DNA of 45,067 nucleotides from Candidatus Methylacidiphilaceae bacterium UBA1321 (GCA_002306945.1 DBTH01000079.1:476-45542), one strand, 5' to 3'; positions 8,532 to 18,001 are shown, numbered from the stretch's first letter. Made by a program: numbers and translations. The notes: generated from the sequence alone by a model not told the origin.

Positions 8532-10172
8532 ATGAAACTCACCGATTCCGTTTTGGAAGCCCGGCTTTCGCCTCGTCTGGCGCTGGGTTTCTCCCATTGG
8601 CAAACCGGCAACCTGATCGCGTTCTCCCACCTTGACGGGCCGACGGATTACGACGACGGACTCGTCGCCCGCACAGTCGATCGCGGCCTCCACATTCTTC
8701 TGCCCGGCACCGGCCAACTCCGCTTCGATCTCGATATTCACGAAGCCCGCATCACCAGCGATTTTTTTGAAGCACGCAGCCGCAACGGCGTCACGCTCCG
8801 GGGCGCTTTGCTCGACGCCCACCACCTGCTTCTGGAAGGGCCCTGCCAACTCCACGCCACTTCGGCATCGATCGCCTTTCGCGCCCTTGGGGATCGTCTC
8901 TTGATTGGCTCGACCACTCACTTTCGACCTTCCCTGATCGATTCACACATTGATGAAGCCATTCAGGCACGCCTCCACTGGCAGACCCATCTCACCCCTC
9001 CCGCTGGAACCGTTTCGCTCTCCGCCACCGCGCAACGCACTTTCGCCCGCGCCCTGTCGCAAATGAAGGGACAAGTCTGCTCGCCCGAAGGAATCCTCAA
9101 GCACCCGTGGTCCACTCCCGACCGCTGGCCACACCGGGCCATGTGGTTGTGGGATTCCGCCTTCCACGCCATCGGTTGGCGGCACATCGATCCCGCGCTC
9201 GCCAAGGCCATGATCGACGCCGTGCTCGACGCCCAGGCACCGGACGGTTTCATCCCCCACACGGCTGAGCCCCGGGGACATTCCCTGATTACGCAACCTC
9301 CCATTCTCGCGTTTGCCGCCGAGCTTGTTCTGGAAAAAAACGATGATCCCGACTGGCTCGCCCGCATTTATCCCAGGCTCTGCGCTTACGTCAATTGGGA
9401 CGCCACCCACCGCGACAACGACGGCGGCGGACTGCTTGAATGGTTCATCGAAGAAGCCAGGCATTGCCGCAGCGGAGAAAGTGGCATGGACAACTCCCCC
9501 CGCTTCGACCTGGCCATCCCGCTCGATGCACCAGACTTCAACGCCTTCCTCGCCAACGAATACGAAGTCCTCTCCCGTTTCGCCCGACGCCTCCAGAAAA
9601 CAGACGATCCCGTCCATTGGTTCGTCCGCCACAATGATCTCTGCCACCGCATCAACCAAAAACTCTGGTCGACCGAACACCGGCTTTACTGCGACCGCGA
9701 CCCCGCGACTGACACGCTTTCCCCCGTACTCTCCAGCGCGGGATTTCTCCCCCTTCTCTGCGGCGCCCCCGACCCGGAACAAGCCGCCGCGCTCGCCGCA
9801 CACCTGACCAATCCCTCCACCTTCGGCACCCCGTTGCCGATTCCCTCCATCGCTGCCAACAGCAAACTCTACTCCAAGGACATGTGGCGCGGCCCCGTCT
9901 GGATCAATGTCAACTGGCTCGTCGCCCGCGGACTGCAGCGTTACGGATTGCACCAGGCGGCGGATCGGCTGAGAAAACTTTCCCTTGGCGAAATCGAACG
10001 CACCTGCACCCGCTACGGAACATTTTTCGAATACTTCGACGACCGCCTGGAAGTCGAGCCTCCCTCTCTTTTGCGCAAATCCAAAAACATCCCGGGTCAA
10101 CACCCCTACCAGGTCATTCACGACTACGGCTGGTCCGCCACTCTCTATGTCGACTGGCTGTTGAGCCGTTGA
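8532..10172 (+). CDS. (alpha/alpha)6-barrel glycoside hydrolase, GH63 / MGH1-like (trehalase-fold) family
   Basis: Blocks WLWDSAFHAIGW, DGFIPH, GESGMDNSPRFD and DMWRGPVWINVNWLVARGL are typical of GH63/GH37-type hydrolases. There is no signal peptide. Confidence 0.75.
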   Translation: MKLTDSVLEARLSPRLALGFSHWQTGNLIAFSHLDGPTDYDDGLVARTVDRGLHILLPGTGQLRFDLDIHEARITSDFFEARSRNGVTLRGALLDAHHLLLEGPCQLHATSASIAFRALGDRLLIGSTTHFRPSLIDSHIDEAIQARLHWQTHLTPPAGTVSLSATAQRTFARALSQMKGQVCSPEGILKHPWSTPDRWPHRAMWLWDSAFHAIGWRHIDPALAKAMIDAVLDAQAPDGFIPHTAEPRGHSLITQPPILAFAAELVLEKNDDPDWLARIYPRLCAYVNWDATHRDNDGGGLLEWFIEEARHCRSGESGMDNSPRFDLAIPLDAPDFNAFLANEYEVLSRFARRLQKTDDPVHWFVRHNDLCHRINQKLWSTEHRLYCDRDPATDTLSPVLSSAGFLPLLCGAPDPEQAAALAAHLTNPSTFGTPLPIPSIAANSKLYSKDMWRGPVWINVNWLVARGLQRYGLHQAADRLRKLSLGEIERTCTRYGTFFEYFDDRLEVEPPSLLRKSKNIPGQHPYQVIHDYGWSATLYVDWLLSR

Positions 10173-10187
10173 AAAACGTCCGGGTTC

Positions 10188-11372
10188 TCAACCCGCCAGC
10201 CGCACTTCGCGACCCGCATGATACATCGCCTCCGTATTTTCAATCGGAGTATACGGTGCCAAATTGTTCCCCTCGCGCAAGATGAAGCGCCCCCCTTCCA
10301 GAATGCCCGACGTGAGAATGCGCCTGACCTCGTTGCGCACCTGGTCTGGCGTCGCCTCCATCAGGAACGCCACGTGCGGCCCGCCATTGATGAGAACATC
10401 CGGCCCCAACTCGCGGCGCAACGGCCCAAAGTCCACCGGAAATCCCGTATCGAATTTCCGGATATTCAACTCCTCAACCAACGTCTTGAAATGGCGTGTC
10501 GCATTTCCACAGAGATGAATGAAACGCTCCGACATCGGAGTCGCCAACGCCTCGCAAAGCCGCCGGTGGTGTGGCAACACGTGTTCGCGGTACATGGCCG
10601 TCGAGATCAGGGCGACACTGTCGTCCGCATAACCGAATTCAGGATCGGGCACCGGAAGCGGAAGATCGCCCAGCTTTCTCCAGGCCACCAGACGCTGGAT
10701 CGTCGCCTCCGTGATAAACGCCAGAAGCTTCTGCAAACGTTCCGGGTCGTCCGCCATCGTCTCGCAGACAAAATCGGCGCCGAACAAATTGCACGCCACT
10801 GTCAACGGCCCGTCCGTCCCCAGAAAAGGCGCCTGTATCTCTATGGGCCGCCCCAGAAAAGTTTCCTTCCGGGCTCTCTGCTGGAAATATTCCAGATACT
10901 CCAGTCCGCGTGCCATCAACGATGAAAACGGATCGGGCATCCCCCTTTCCATCACCCTTTCCGGTGCGTCGGCGAAATCCGGCATAGTGTCCGGCACCTG
11001 ATCCGGAAAATAGTGAATTTCACAGCCAAACCAGGCCGCCTCATAGTAATTCTGGAAGTCGGGCCGGATCGTCCATTTCTGCGGCAGACCGAGTTCGCAA
11101 TCCTGGAGCAAATTAAATTTGTTCCAGCGCAGAAATTTCAATTGCGCCTCGAACATCACGTCGGGATCTTCCGAATACGTCTTGAAATCCAATCCCTCCG
11201 GATTGGCCTCCTTGTTAAACATGAAGTACCGCGTATTGGTTCCCAGAATGATCGGTATACGCACCGGATGCCGGGCATGAAACGCGCGCCACATGGCGGA
11301 TTGCTCTTCATTATGGCGGGCAAAATCAAATCGGGAAAGACGGTCGGTCGGTAAACAGGCGGAGTCGGTCAT
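10188..11372 (-). CDS. uroporphyrinogen-decarboxylase (URO-D)-like family protein, function unknown
   Basis: 394 aa with a TIM-barrel-like pattern and a C-terminal half (FIHLCGNATRHFKTLVEELNI...INGGPHVAFLMEATPDQVRNEVRRIL) resembling URO-D/MtaA-type proteins. The context is carbohydrate genes, not heme genes. Confidence 0.55.
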   Translation of the reverse strand: MTDSACLPTDRLSRFDFARHNEEQSAMWRAFHARHPVRIPIILGTNTRYFMFNKEANPEGLDFKTYSEDPDVMFEAQLKFLRWNKFNLLQDCELGLPQKWTIRPDFQNYYEAAWFGCEIHYFPDQVPDTMPDFADAPERVMERGMPDPFSSLMARGLEYLEYFQQRARKETFLGRPIEIQAPFLGTDGPLTVACNLFGADFVCETMADDPERLQKLLAFITEATIQRLVAWRKLGDLPLPVPDPEFGYADDSVALISTAMYREHVLPHHRRLCEALATPMSERFIHLCGNATRHFKTLVEELNIRKFDTGFPVDFGPLRRELGPDVLINGGPHVAFLMEATPDQVRNEVRRILTSGILEGGRFILREGNNLAPYTPIENTEAMYHAGREVRLAG

Positions 11373-11452
11373 GGCATTTCTTTCGATACCCCTACTCTAT
11401 CCGCATCACGGATTTCTGGCTTTCAAGACCGTACCGTAGTACAAAATCAAAC

Positions 11453-12352
11453 ATGCCCAATCCCATCGTCGCCAACACCCGCGAACGTATCGTGCTCGAC
11501 CTGAGAACTCTCGGCGTGCCAGAAGTCCCCATGCTCGGACGATACAATTACATCCTGGCTCACCGCGGACTCGCTCCCCATATCCATCCCGGCACCGTAG
11601 AGATTTGCCTGCTGGCCAAGGGAACCCAGCTTTACCGCGTCGGACAGCGCAACTACCTGTTGCGTGGCGGCGATGTCTTCGTCACATTCCCCGGAGAGCG
11701 GCACAGCACTGGAGAAGCCCCGGAAGAAAAAGGCACCCTGTACTGGATTCAAATTATTCCCCCCGCACGGTCGGCCCGCTTTCTGAATTGTCCGGCGCCC
11801 GAAGCCCGCCACTTGAAGGCCCAGCTCCTCTCGCTGCCAAACCGGCACTTCGCCGCCGATCCGCGGCTGCAAAAAATCCTGGACGAAATCATCCGGGTCG
11901 CGAGTTCGGCGCAAAGCCCACTGCAACGCACCGCCATCATCTCCAAAATGGTCGAATTTCTTCTGCTCCTCATCGATAACTCTCCCCAGCATCCGCAAAA
12001 AGAACTCGCGCCCGAATTCAGCCAACTCCTGCGCCTCATCGACGAAAAAATAGAAGAGCCCTTGAGTGTCGCCAGTCTGGCCACCCGCACCTCCCTGTCG
12101 GTTTCGCGTTTCAAAGCCCGCTTCAAACAGGAGATCGGCATTCCACCAGCGGAATATGTCCTGCGCCGAAAAATTTCTGAGGCCAAAAAACAACTCGCCA
12201 AACCCGGAGCCCAAGTCACCGACATCACCTACCGCCTGAATTTTTCCTCCTCCCAATACTTCGCCACGGTCTTCAAGCGCTACACCGGCACCACGCCTCG
12301 CACCCTGCTCAATCCAGGTGGGGTTCCCTCCACTCACCTCTCGGATAGATAA
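11453..12352 (+). CDS. AraC-family transcriptional regulator (cupin plus HTH)
   Basis: N-terminal cupin-like sensor and a C-terminal double HTH (SVASLATRTSLSVSRFKARFKQEIGIPPAEYVLRRKISEAKKQL...ITYRLNFSSSQYFATVFKRYTGTTPR). It is divergent from the URO-D-like gene. Confidence 0.85.
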   Translation: MPNPIVANTRERIVLDLRTLGVPEVPMLGRYNYILAHRGLAPHIHPGTVEICLLAKGTQLYRVGQRNYLLRGGDVFVTFPGERHSTGEAPEEKGTLYWIQIIPPARSARFLNCPAPEARHLKAQLLSLPNRHFAADPRLQKILDEIIRVASSAQSPLQRTAIISKMVEFLLLLIDNSPQHPQKELAPEFSQLLRLIDEKIEEPLSVASLATRTSLSVSRFKARFKQEIGIPPAEYVLRRKISEAKKQLAKPGAQVTDITYRLNFSSSQYFATVFKRYTGTTPRTLLNPGGVPSTHLSDR

Positions 12353-12369
12353 CGACGGTGCCGATTATT

Positions 12370-13476
12370 CTACCATCCGAGATCCTTTTGCAAACGCGCC
12401 ACCAGTTGGGCGGCCATCAATTGATGCGTTTTGGCGCTCGGATGCCAACTGCCCCCGTAACCGTTCTCGGGCTTCTGCGTGCCGAAATCGATAAAGCGCA
12501 CTTTGCGGTCTCCGGCCGATTCAAATTCGGAGATGAGGGCATTGAGATAATGGCGTATTGTCGTGGCCGGTTTGCGCGGAGCCGGCCAATCGCCCAGCAT
12601 GGTGCCGAGAGCGCAATAAATCGTCGCGTCCGGATATTGATTGCGCAGACGCTTGAGCAGGGAGCGATAAGCCGCCATCCACCCCGCGCCTTCGGGATCT
12701 TCCAGGCCGAAATCGTTTGTGCCGAGATTAATAACCACCACGTCCGGTTTCCATGAGGCGAAATCCCACGCCGCACCGTTTTGATCTTTCGGCAATATGT
12801 CGCCGTAGAAATCGAGGATGCTGTTGTTGGGCCAAAGTTTTTTCCCCGACCACGCCACGCAGACGTAATCGGCACTGAGTTGACGCGCGGCCAACGCGCC
12901 GTAAGTGATGCTCGCGTTCTCGGCGCGCGGAGTGAATTTCTCTTCCTTGGTCGGCGCTTCGTTGCCGTAACCGCAACTGATCGAATCGCCAATCACTTCG
13001 ATACGCCGCGAAGGCGCGGCAGGCGCCGGAAGAATTTTTCCCTCTGCGGAGAGTTGGAAGCCCAGGAACTGCGTCGCTCCAACATTAAACTCCGTACGTT
13101 TCACGAGCTCCACCGTATGTTCGGCGACAGACAGGGATTCCACCACACTATAAAGCGGCTGCCCTTCGATGATTTCAATAAAGCGGTCCGGTTTTCCATC
13201 CACGATCACCTGCCAGAAATCATGTCCGGTGCTGCGGAACCGGACATTGAGCGCACTCCCTTGAAAACGAATAATCACCGTGCTGGCCGACCACGCGCAA
13301 CGCGGCCCCGCCGGATCGTTGTGATCAAAACGCCCCACATAGCGAAGATTCCCGTGCGTTGCGGCCACTGCCACCGGCAATTCCCTGGCCGGCTCAACCG
13401 GATTAGCCGCCTGCGCCCAAAGAATCGACGGAACGAGACACAGAACGAGCGTTCGAAAAAGATACCACGAATTCAT
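12370..13476 (-). CDS. secreted SGNH/GDSL hydrolase, CE2-like carbohydrate (acetyl) esterase
   Basis: Signal peptide MNSWYLFRTLVLCLVPSILWAQA, an N-terminal beta-sandwich, then SGNH blocks VIGDSISCGYG, AWSG and VVINLGTNDF. Confidence 0.8.
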   Translation of the reverse strand: MNSWYLFRTLVLCLVPSILWAQAANPVEPARELPVAVAATHGNLRYVGRFDHNDPAGPRCAWSASTVIIRFQGSALNVRFRSTGHDFWQVIVDGKPDRFIEIIEGQPLYSVVESLSVAEHTVELVKRTEFNVGATQFLGFQLSAEGKILPAPAAPSRRIEVIGDSISCGYGNEAPTKEEKFTPRAENASITYGALAARQLSADYVCVAWSGKKLWPNNSILDFYGDILPKDQNGAAWDFASWKPDVVVINLGTNDFGLEDPEGAGWMAAYRSLLKRLRNQYPDATIYCALGTMLGDWPAPRKPATTIRHYLNALISEFESAGDRKVRFIDFGTQKPENGYGGSWHPSAKTHQLMAAQLVARLQKDLGW

Positions 13477-13512
13477 GAACCGGACTTCCAGGAGAAAAAA
13501 AACGGAACAACT

Positions 13513-14409
13513 CTAAATCCTGCCGGTGCGTCCCATCCGACGCCTGACCCCGCCGAACAACAACGCCATTGCGCCCACAAACAAGGCATAGGTTTCCGGC
13601 TCGGGAACGGCCAGCCCGGTCGTCACATCCGCCCAACTCGTGCCGATGCGCAATTCATCCACCGTCATGCCGAAAGTCGTCGAATACGAATAAAGGCTAA
13701 CTGAGTTTATAGTGCTACTGTCAACGGAGGTGTTGACCGCATTGGCGCTTCCGGCGTTGGCTTCGCTGCTCACGGTCGGATCAACCCACAGGCTGTAGGT
13801 ATCGGTTCCGGTTGTGGAAAAATCGATCTTGAGGACGAGCAGATAGGTGTGTCCATAATTGAGATTAATACCGGTGGAAACGGCCGTAGTGGAGTTCGCG
13901 TAGCTGCCCGACACGACCAAATCCCTTGTTGTTCCGGTTGACGTATGCAGACCTACATAGGCCGAACCGATTTGCAGTCCCGCATACTGGGCTGCCGTTA
14001 GGCTGTTATTAGCCGCCACATTGTAGAGAAAGCTGACGTAGTAGGTGCCGCTGGACAGGGCGGAATTCAGCGAGCGGGTCGCGCCGATGGTATCGGTCGA
14101 TTGACTCAACGCCAGACCGCCTGTGCTCAGAGAGCCGTACGATAACCCCGAACTGGCCACCGTGTACTTTTTCGTCGTATCCGTCCCACTGCTATTGTCC
14201 CACCAATAGGTCGACCAAGCTGTTGCAGCTCCAGTTGAAGAATTATAGGCCGAACCGCCATTGAGCCCATTATTGGCGGCCGTGCCCACCGTGGAACCGG
14301 ACGTGTAGTTGAAACCCTCGTAATAAAGCAACGTGGCGTGGGACCTCTCCGCGGAAAATAGGAGGGTCAATACAGCAACCGGCAAGACGATCAGGATGTT
14401 TGGTTTCAT
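13513..14409 (-). CDS. PEP-CTERM sorting-domain protein
   Basis: Signal peptide MKPNILIVLPVAVLTLLFSAERSHA, a Ser/Thr/Gly/Asn-rich beta-type body, and C-terminus VPEPETYALFVGAMALLFGGVRRR. Confidence 0.8.
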   Translation of the reverse strand: MKPNILIVLPVAVLTLLFSAERSHATLLYYEGFNYTSGSTVGTAANNGLNGGSAYNSSTGAATAWSTYWWDNSSGTDTTKKYTVASSGLSYGSLSTGGLALSQSTDTIGATRSLNSALSSGTYYVSFLYNVAANNSLTAAQYAGLQIGSAYVGLHTSTGTTRDLVVSGSYANSTTAVSTGINLNYGHTYLLVLKIDFSTTGTDTYSLWVDPTVSSEANAGSANAVNTSVDSSTINSVSLYSYSTTFGMTVDELRIGTSWADVTTGLAVPEPETYALFVGAMALLFGGVRRRMGRTGRI

Positions 14410-14434
14410 AGGGAGTTAGGGGTTTATTATGCTA

Positions 14435-14446
14435 TATAACAGATTG
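14435..14446 (+). promoter_or_regulatory. TATAACAGATTG motif, copy 1 of a direct repeat
   Basis: The 13 nt TATATAACAGATT at 14433-14445 are identical to 14532-14544. The site is 24 nt from the 14409 start codon, inside a 166-bp AT-rich spacer. Confidence 0.4.
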
Positions 14447-14533
14447 TTGCTTCTTTTAAAATTTAAGACTATAACCGCTTATTGTCAATCCTATTTTAGT
14501 TCATTAACCCTCAAAAAAATGATTTAATTGATA

Positions 14534-14545
14534 TATAACAGATTA
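14534..14545 (+). promoter_or_regulatory. TATAACAGATTA motif, copy 2 of a direct repeat
   Basis: Lies 99 bp from copy 1 in the same orientation. Confidence 0.4.
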
Positions 14546-14575
14546 CAAATTTCCAAATTGGTCGCTACATGTGAT

Positions 14576-15367
14576 TCAAGGAAGTGATGTAGTAGTCAAG
14601 TCAGACAAGACGGCTTGTTTGATATCCAGATCGGCCAGGTCTTGTCGTCCCAGAGCACTGACGTGGCCGTCGTAGAAAAGCACGTTCGCCTTGCCGTTGT
14701 GACGCAGATGCATGCCGCCGTTTTCAGTAAAAGTGTTCGGATAGAAATAATAGAGCTGAAGCTTGGCCGCTCCGCCTGAATACGCGACGGTATCAGCCAT
14801 CATCGGAATGGTAGCAGGCGCGGGAACCGAGCCGAGATAATGCCAGCCGTCGTGAATCCAGTCGATCGTGTAGCCTGCAATGGTTCTACCACCGCCATGC
14901 AAGATTCCATAAGTCCGATAGATTGACCCGGTCTCAGGCAGGTAGTTGTAATAGGCCGCTAATGTAGCCGGATTCTTAGGCCGTTGAGACGGGCAGAGAA
15001 GAATATTGTAATCGTTGCGTGGAACACTCTTGACCGGATGTGAACCGGGAAAATAGGAAGTGCGGTTGCGCGCACCGATTAGCCAGTCCGACCACATCAT
15101 GTTATCACTGGCCGCAGGTGTCAAATTCAGGTTATTAGCCGCGCCGATCTTGTTGCCGTTTTCCGCAGCAAACTGCATTTCCATTGTGTATATCTGCCGC
15201 AGGTTGTTGGCGCATTTGACGCTCTGGGCGACAGCGACGGCCTTGCTAAAGGCGGGGAAAAGCAGTGCCAGGATCAGGACGATAATCCCCACCGATACAA
15301 GTAATTCGATCAGGGTATATCCCGCCCTTGGACGGCGAACGGCTTGTCTGGCTGATGCCTGGGACAT
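14576..15367 (-). CDS. prepilin-type N-terminal cleavage/methylation domain protein (H-X9-DG / DUF1559-like)
   Basis: N-terminus RAGYTLIELLVSVGIIVLILALL and an exact C-terminal H-X9-DG (HNGKANVLFYDG). Confidence 0.85.
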   Translation of the reverse strand: MSQASARQAVRRPRAGYTLIELLVSVGIIVLILALLFPAFSKAVAVAQSVKCANNLRQIYTMEMQFAAENGNKIGAANNLNLTPAASDNMMWSDWLIGARNRTSYFPGSHPVKSVPRNDYNILLCPSQRPKNPATLAAYYNYLPETGSIYRTYGILHGGGRTIAGYTIDWIHDGWHYLGSVPAPATIPMMADTVAYSGGAAKLQLYYFYPNTFTENGGMHLRHNGKANVLFYDGHVSALGRQDLADLDIKQAVLSDLTTTSLP

Positions 15368-15391
15368 GAATGCCTCGCGAAGTAAGGTGTA

Positions 15392-15955
15392 TTACGGCTG
15401 TGCGGTCAAATTGGGATTAGCCTTCACAAATTCCTCCCACTCACCGGTGGTCAGGAGGAAACAATCGAAAGCGTAGCACTTGTTGAATTGATAAGTCGGA
15501 TCGTTGAGCACTTCGACGTCGATCTTGTGCTCGCCTGCCGTAAGCGTGACTTCGCCAATCTGCGCCCAGGTCACTGGCACGTATTCGCGCATGACAACGG
15601 AATCGAACAGCTTGACCTTGCGCACCTCGGTCCAATCCCCGCCGTCGAAACGCCAGCGGAACGCTCCGTGCTGCCAGTATTTGCGCACAAAGAAACGATA
15701 CGTCCCCGCCGCCGGAACCTGCACCGCGTAATGGGCGTAAGCGGTCGTGTCGGTCACATTGCCGTTGAGCCAACTGCGCTCGGAAAGCTTCGCTGCTTCC
15801 TGCGGATTGAAAGGTCGCGCTCCACCGTTGACGGTCATGTTCGTATCGGACGCCGATTCGGCTTCCCAGAAGACCGTCTCCGCGGCAACAGATCGCATAG
15901 CCGAAACGCCAAGACAAGCCGACATCGTCAGGACTACAAGGGTGAGTTTTTTCAT
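15392..15955 (-). CDS. secreted single-domain protein (uncharacterised CBM-like beta-sandwich)
   Basis: Signal peptide MKKLTLVVLTMSACLGVSAMRSVAA. The mature part aligns by eye with residues ~29-172 of the 19865-21769 protein (AETVFWEAE.., GTYRFFVRKYWQHGAFRWRFDGGDW, YAFDCFLL). Confidence 0.65.
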   Translation of the reverse strand: MKKLTLVVLTMSACLGVSAMRSVAAETVFWEAESASDTNMTVNGGARPFNPQEAAKLSERSWLNGNVTDTTAYAHYAVQVPAAGTYRFFVRKYWQHGAFRWRFDGGDWTEVRKVKLFDSVVMREYVPVTWAQIGEVTLTAGEHKIDVEVLNDPTYQFNKCYAFDCFLLTTGEWEEFVKANPNLTAQP

Positions 15956-15958
15956 GGG

Positions 15959-18001
15959 TTACGGATTCGATTGAGGTTTGACCGGCTGAGAAACAGTTCC
16001 CGCTGCCGCGTTACCGGGTCCGACACCGGACAAGCCGCGCGCGGGAAAAAGGATTTCCTCGGTTTCGTTTTCACCGAGCGACTGGAACGGGCCGGGTAGA
16101 ATCGCCTCGACGGGAATCTTCTTTCCGAAGAAATCGCTCTCGACTCCCTCGACGCGCGGACAGTTCATCTGAAGCACCGCCGGCTCGGCCTTGAAGGTGA
16201 GAATCGGCTCACAGGGCCGGAACAAAAACGACATCAGCTTCGCCCCTTCCTTGCTGTGCTGATCCTGCCCCATGAACAGACGCCATTGCGCCAGCGATAG
16301 AACCGGATCGCGCCTCCAGGCTTTCAAACGCGGGCGTTCGTCCTCGGGGAGATTGCCTTTCGAGAGCGTTTCCTTCAACCGCTCGACCAGTTGATCGATG
16401 GTCACGCTGGATTTGTGGAGATTGACGCCAAAGAGCGCGGGACTGGGCTCGAACCCAAGCCCCTGGTCGCGGTAGGAGCCGAGGACGTTGTAATCGGAGA
16501 GATTGTCCTCGGCGCGATTCGACGGATACGGCAGGCAAACCGCGCCGCGGCTGTTGTTCCAGATGATGTTGTTGAGAATGCGCGTGTGGCTGGTGTGGAC
16601 GGGTTGATTATTGAAAACCCGGTCGCTGACCGTGCGCAACAGAACGCCGCAATCGGCATTGTAGGCGATGAGATTGTGCGCGATGAGCAGGCCGGAGGCG
16701 TCGTGGGCGTAGATGCCGTTACCGGGATAAAAGGCGTCGCGGGGCCGGGTGAACGCGATGACATTGTTGTCGATCAGAACGCGACCATCGCCGAGTTCGA
16801 GGAAAACGCCGGAGCTGCGGTTATTGAGGACGACGTTGCGCGTGATCCGTGACCCGGTGTAATTATTATCGAGCCAGATGCCATAGGAATCGTTGTCGCG
16901 AATGAGATTCCCCTCGATGAGCGCAGGGCCGTCGTGGAGCTTGATGCCGCCCCACTCCTCCCACTTTGCGTCACTGTCGTTGAACCCGAGCCGGTTATTG
17001 CGCTCGACGACGTTGCCGCGAATGACGACTCCGCCATGCCTCCAACCTTCGATGCCGCACAGGCCGTTGTCGGAAACGATGTTGTTCTGAATGAGATGAT
17101 GACCGCCGTTGATGCGTTCCTTCTGATCGTCGTCGGTCTCCTTGAGTTCCTTCGGCGCGAACGTCTCGCTGCCCACGTCGATGCCGACGGTCTTGGCAAA
17201 GCGGATGACGTTGTTCTCAATGACCCAGTTCGATCCGCTGCGCGGACTGACCGCGCCCCCTTGCGGAAACGGCCCCTGGTTGGCGCAATGTTCAAAGACG
17301 AAACCGCGAATCTGGATTTCGTTGAGTCCGCGCCGGTGCGGCGCAAAGATCCGGTTGCGGACGCTGACCTCAATCCGGTGTGACGTCAGCGTTGCGGGAT
17401 TGCCGGGAAAGTGCGCCACGATCCGCTTGCCGTCGGCGCTGGCGACCCAGGAGTTTTCCTGCACGGCCACGGTCTTTTCGGACACCGCCTCGGTCATCGG
17501 TTTGCCGTCGAAGAAAACCTGTCCGAGCGTCTTCGGGAGATTGTTGGGCGTATTGGAGGGACGTGCGACGATGTTGAGATCCTTCGGCGCGATGCTGATG
17601 CCGATGAGGAAAGGATTCGGAGCTCCGGCGGGAATCTTGCCGTCGATGACGCTTGTAAAAACGCCCGGCTGCCCCTTGACCGACTGCCAGTCGGCCCACT
17701 CGTCGCTGCCCTTGACCACAACCGTTTCGCCCGGAGCCGCCTCATAACAAATCGGTTTGCCCGCTTCCCCGCCCCGCGCCGGAGTGATCCGTTCGCGATA
17801 GACGCCCGCGTGAACGAGTACGGTGTCGCCCGGCTGTGCCTGTTGCGCCGCCGCATTAATTGTAAGCAACGGCTGTTCCGGCGCACCGGTATTGATATCG
17901 GCCGCGCCAGGTTGGTTGGCCGCCACCACCCAGAGCCGGGCCGCGGCGCTCCACGGCAGACTGAGCCAGACGATTGCCAATAGAATGCAGATCCGTTTCA
18001 T
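15959..18001 (-). CDS. secreted right-handed parallel beta-helix repeat protein (polysaccharide lyase/hydrolase fold)
   Basis: Signal peptide MKRICILLAIVWLSLPWSAAA, the cap motif INAAAQQAQPGDTVLVHAGVYRE, then many N-x-I/V coils (NNVIRFA, NNIVSDNG, GNVVERNN, GNLIRDND, RNVVLNNR, NNVIAF, HNLIAYN, NNIIWNN). Confidence 0.8.
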   Translation of the reverse strand: MKRICILLAIVWLSLPWSAAARLWVVAANQPGAADINTGAPEQPLLTINAAAQQAQPGDTVLVHAGVYRERITPARGGEAGKPICYEAAPGETVVVKGSDEWADWQSVKGQPGVFTSVIDGKIPAGAPNPFLIGISIAPKDLNIVARPSNTPNNLPKTLGQVFFDGKPMTEAVSEKTVAVQENSWVASADGKRIVAHFPGNPATLTSHRIEVSVRNRIFAPHRRGLNEIQIRGFVFEHCANQGPFPQGGAVSPRSGSNWVIENNVIRFAKTVGIDVGSETFAPKELKETDDDQKERINGGHHLIQNNIVSDNGLCGIEGWRHGGVVIRGNVVERNNRLGFNDSDAKWEEWGGIKLHDGPALIEGNLIRDNDSYGIWLDNNYTGSRITRNVVLNNRSSGVFLELGDGRVLIDNNVIAFTRPRDAFYPGNGIYAHDASGLLIAHNLIAYNADCGVLLRTVSDRVFNNQPVHTSHTRILNNIIWNNSRGAVCLPYPSNRAEDNLSDYNVLGSYRDQGLGFEPSPALFGVNLHKSSVTIDQLVERLKETLSKGNLPEDERPRLKAWRRDPVLSLAQWRLFMGQDQHSKEGAKLMSFLFRPCEPILTFKAEPAVLQMNCPRVEGVESDFFGKKIPVEAILPGPFQSLGENETEEILFPARGLSGVGPGNAAAGTVSQPVKPQSNP

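Noticed and set aside
8943-10121. A 392-aa minus-strand ORF. Similar long antisense ORFs occur at 18062-19543, 20525-21691, 40982-42046, 7171-7851, 11447-12337 and 12781-13704.
   Set aside because: Each lies opposite a gene with clear family motifs (GH63, GH3, SGNH, nuoN, LacI, AraC, CE2). They have no recognisable domains and Gly/Arg/Val-biased composition, so they are GC-driven open frames rather than genes.
14429-14527. A 32-aa mini-ORF (MLYNRLLLLLKF...). The motif reads Y-N-R-L/I at all five sites, hinting at a leader peptide.
   Set aside because: The shared 'YNR' is simply the conserved DNA motif TAT-AAC-AGA read in a frame I chose. The flanking residues, start codons and lengths are not conserved.
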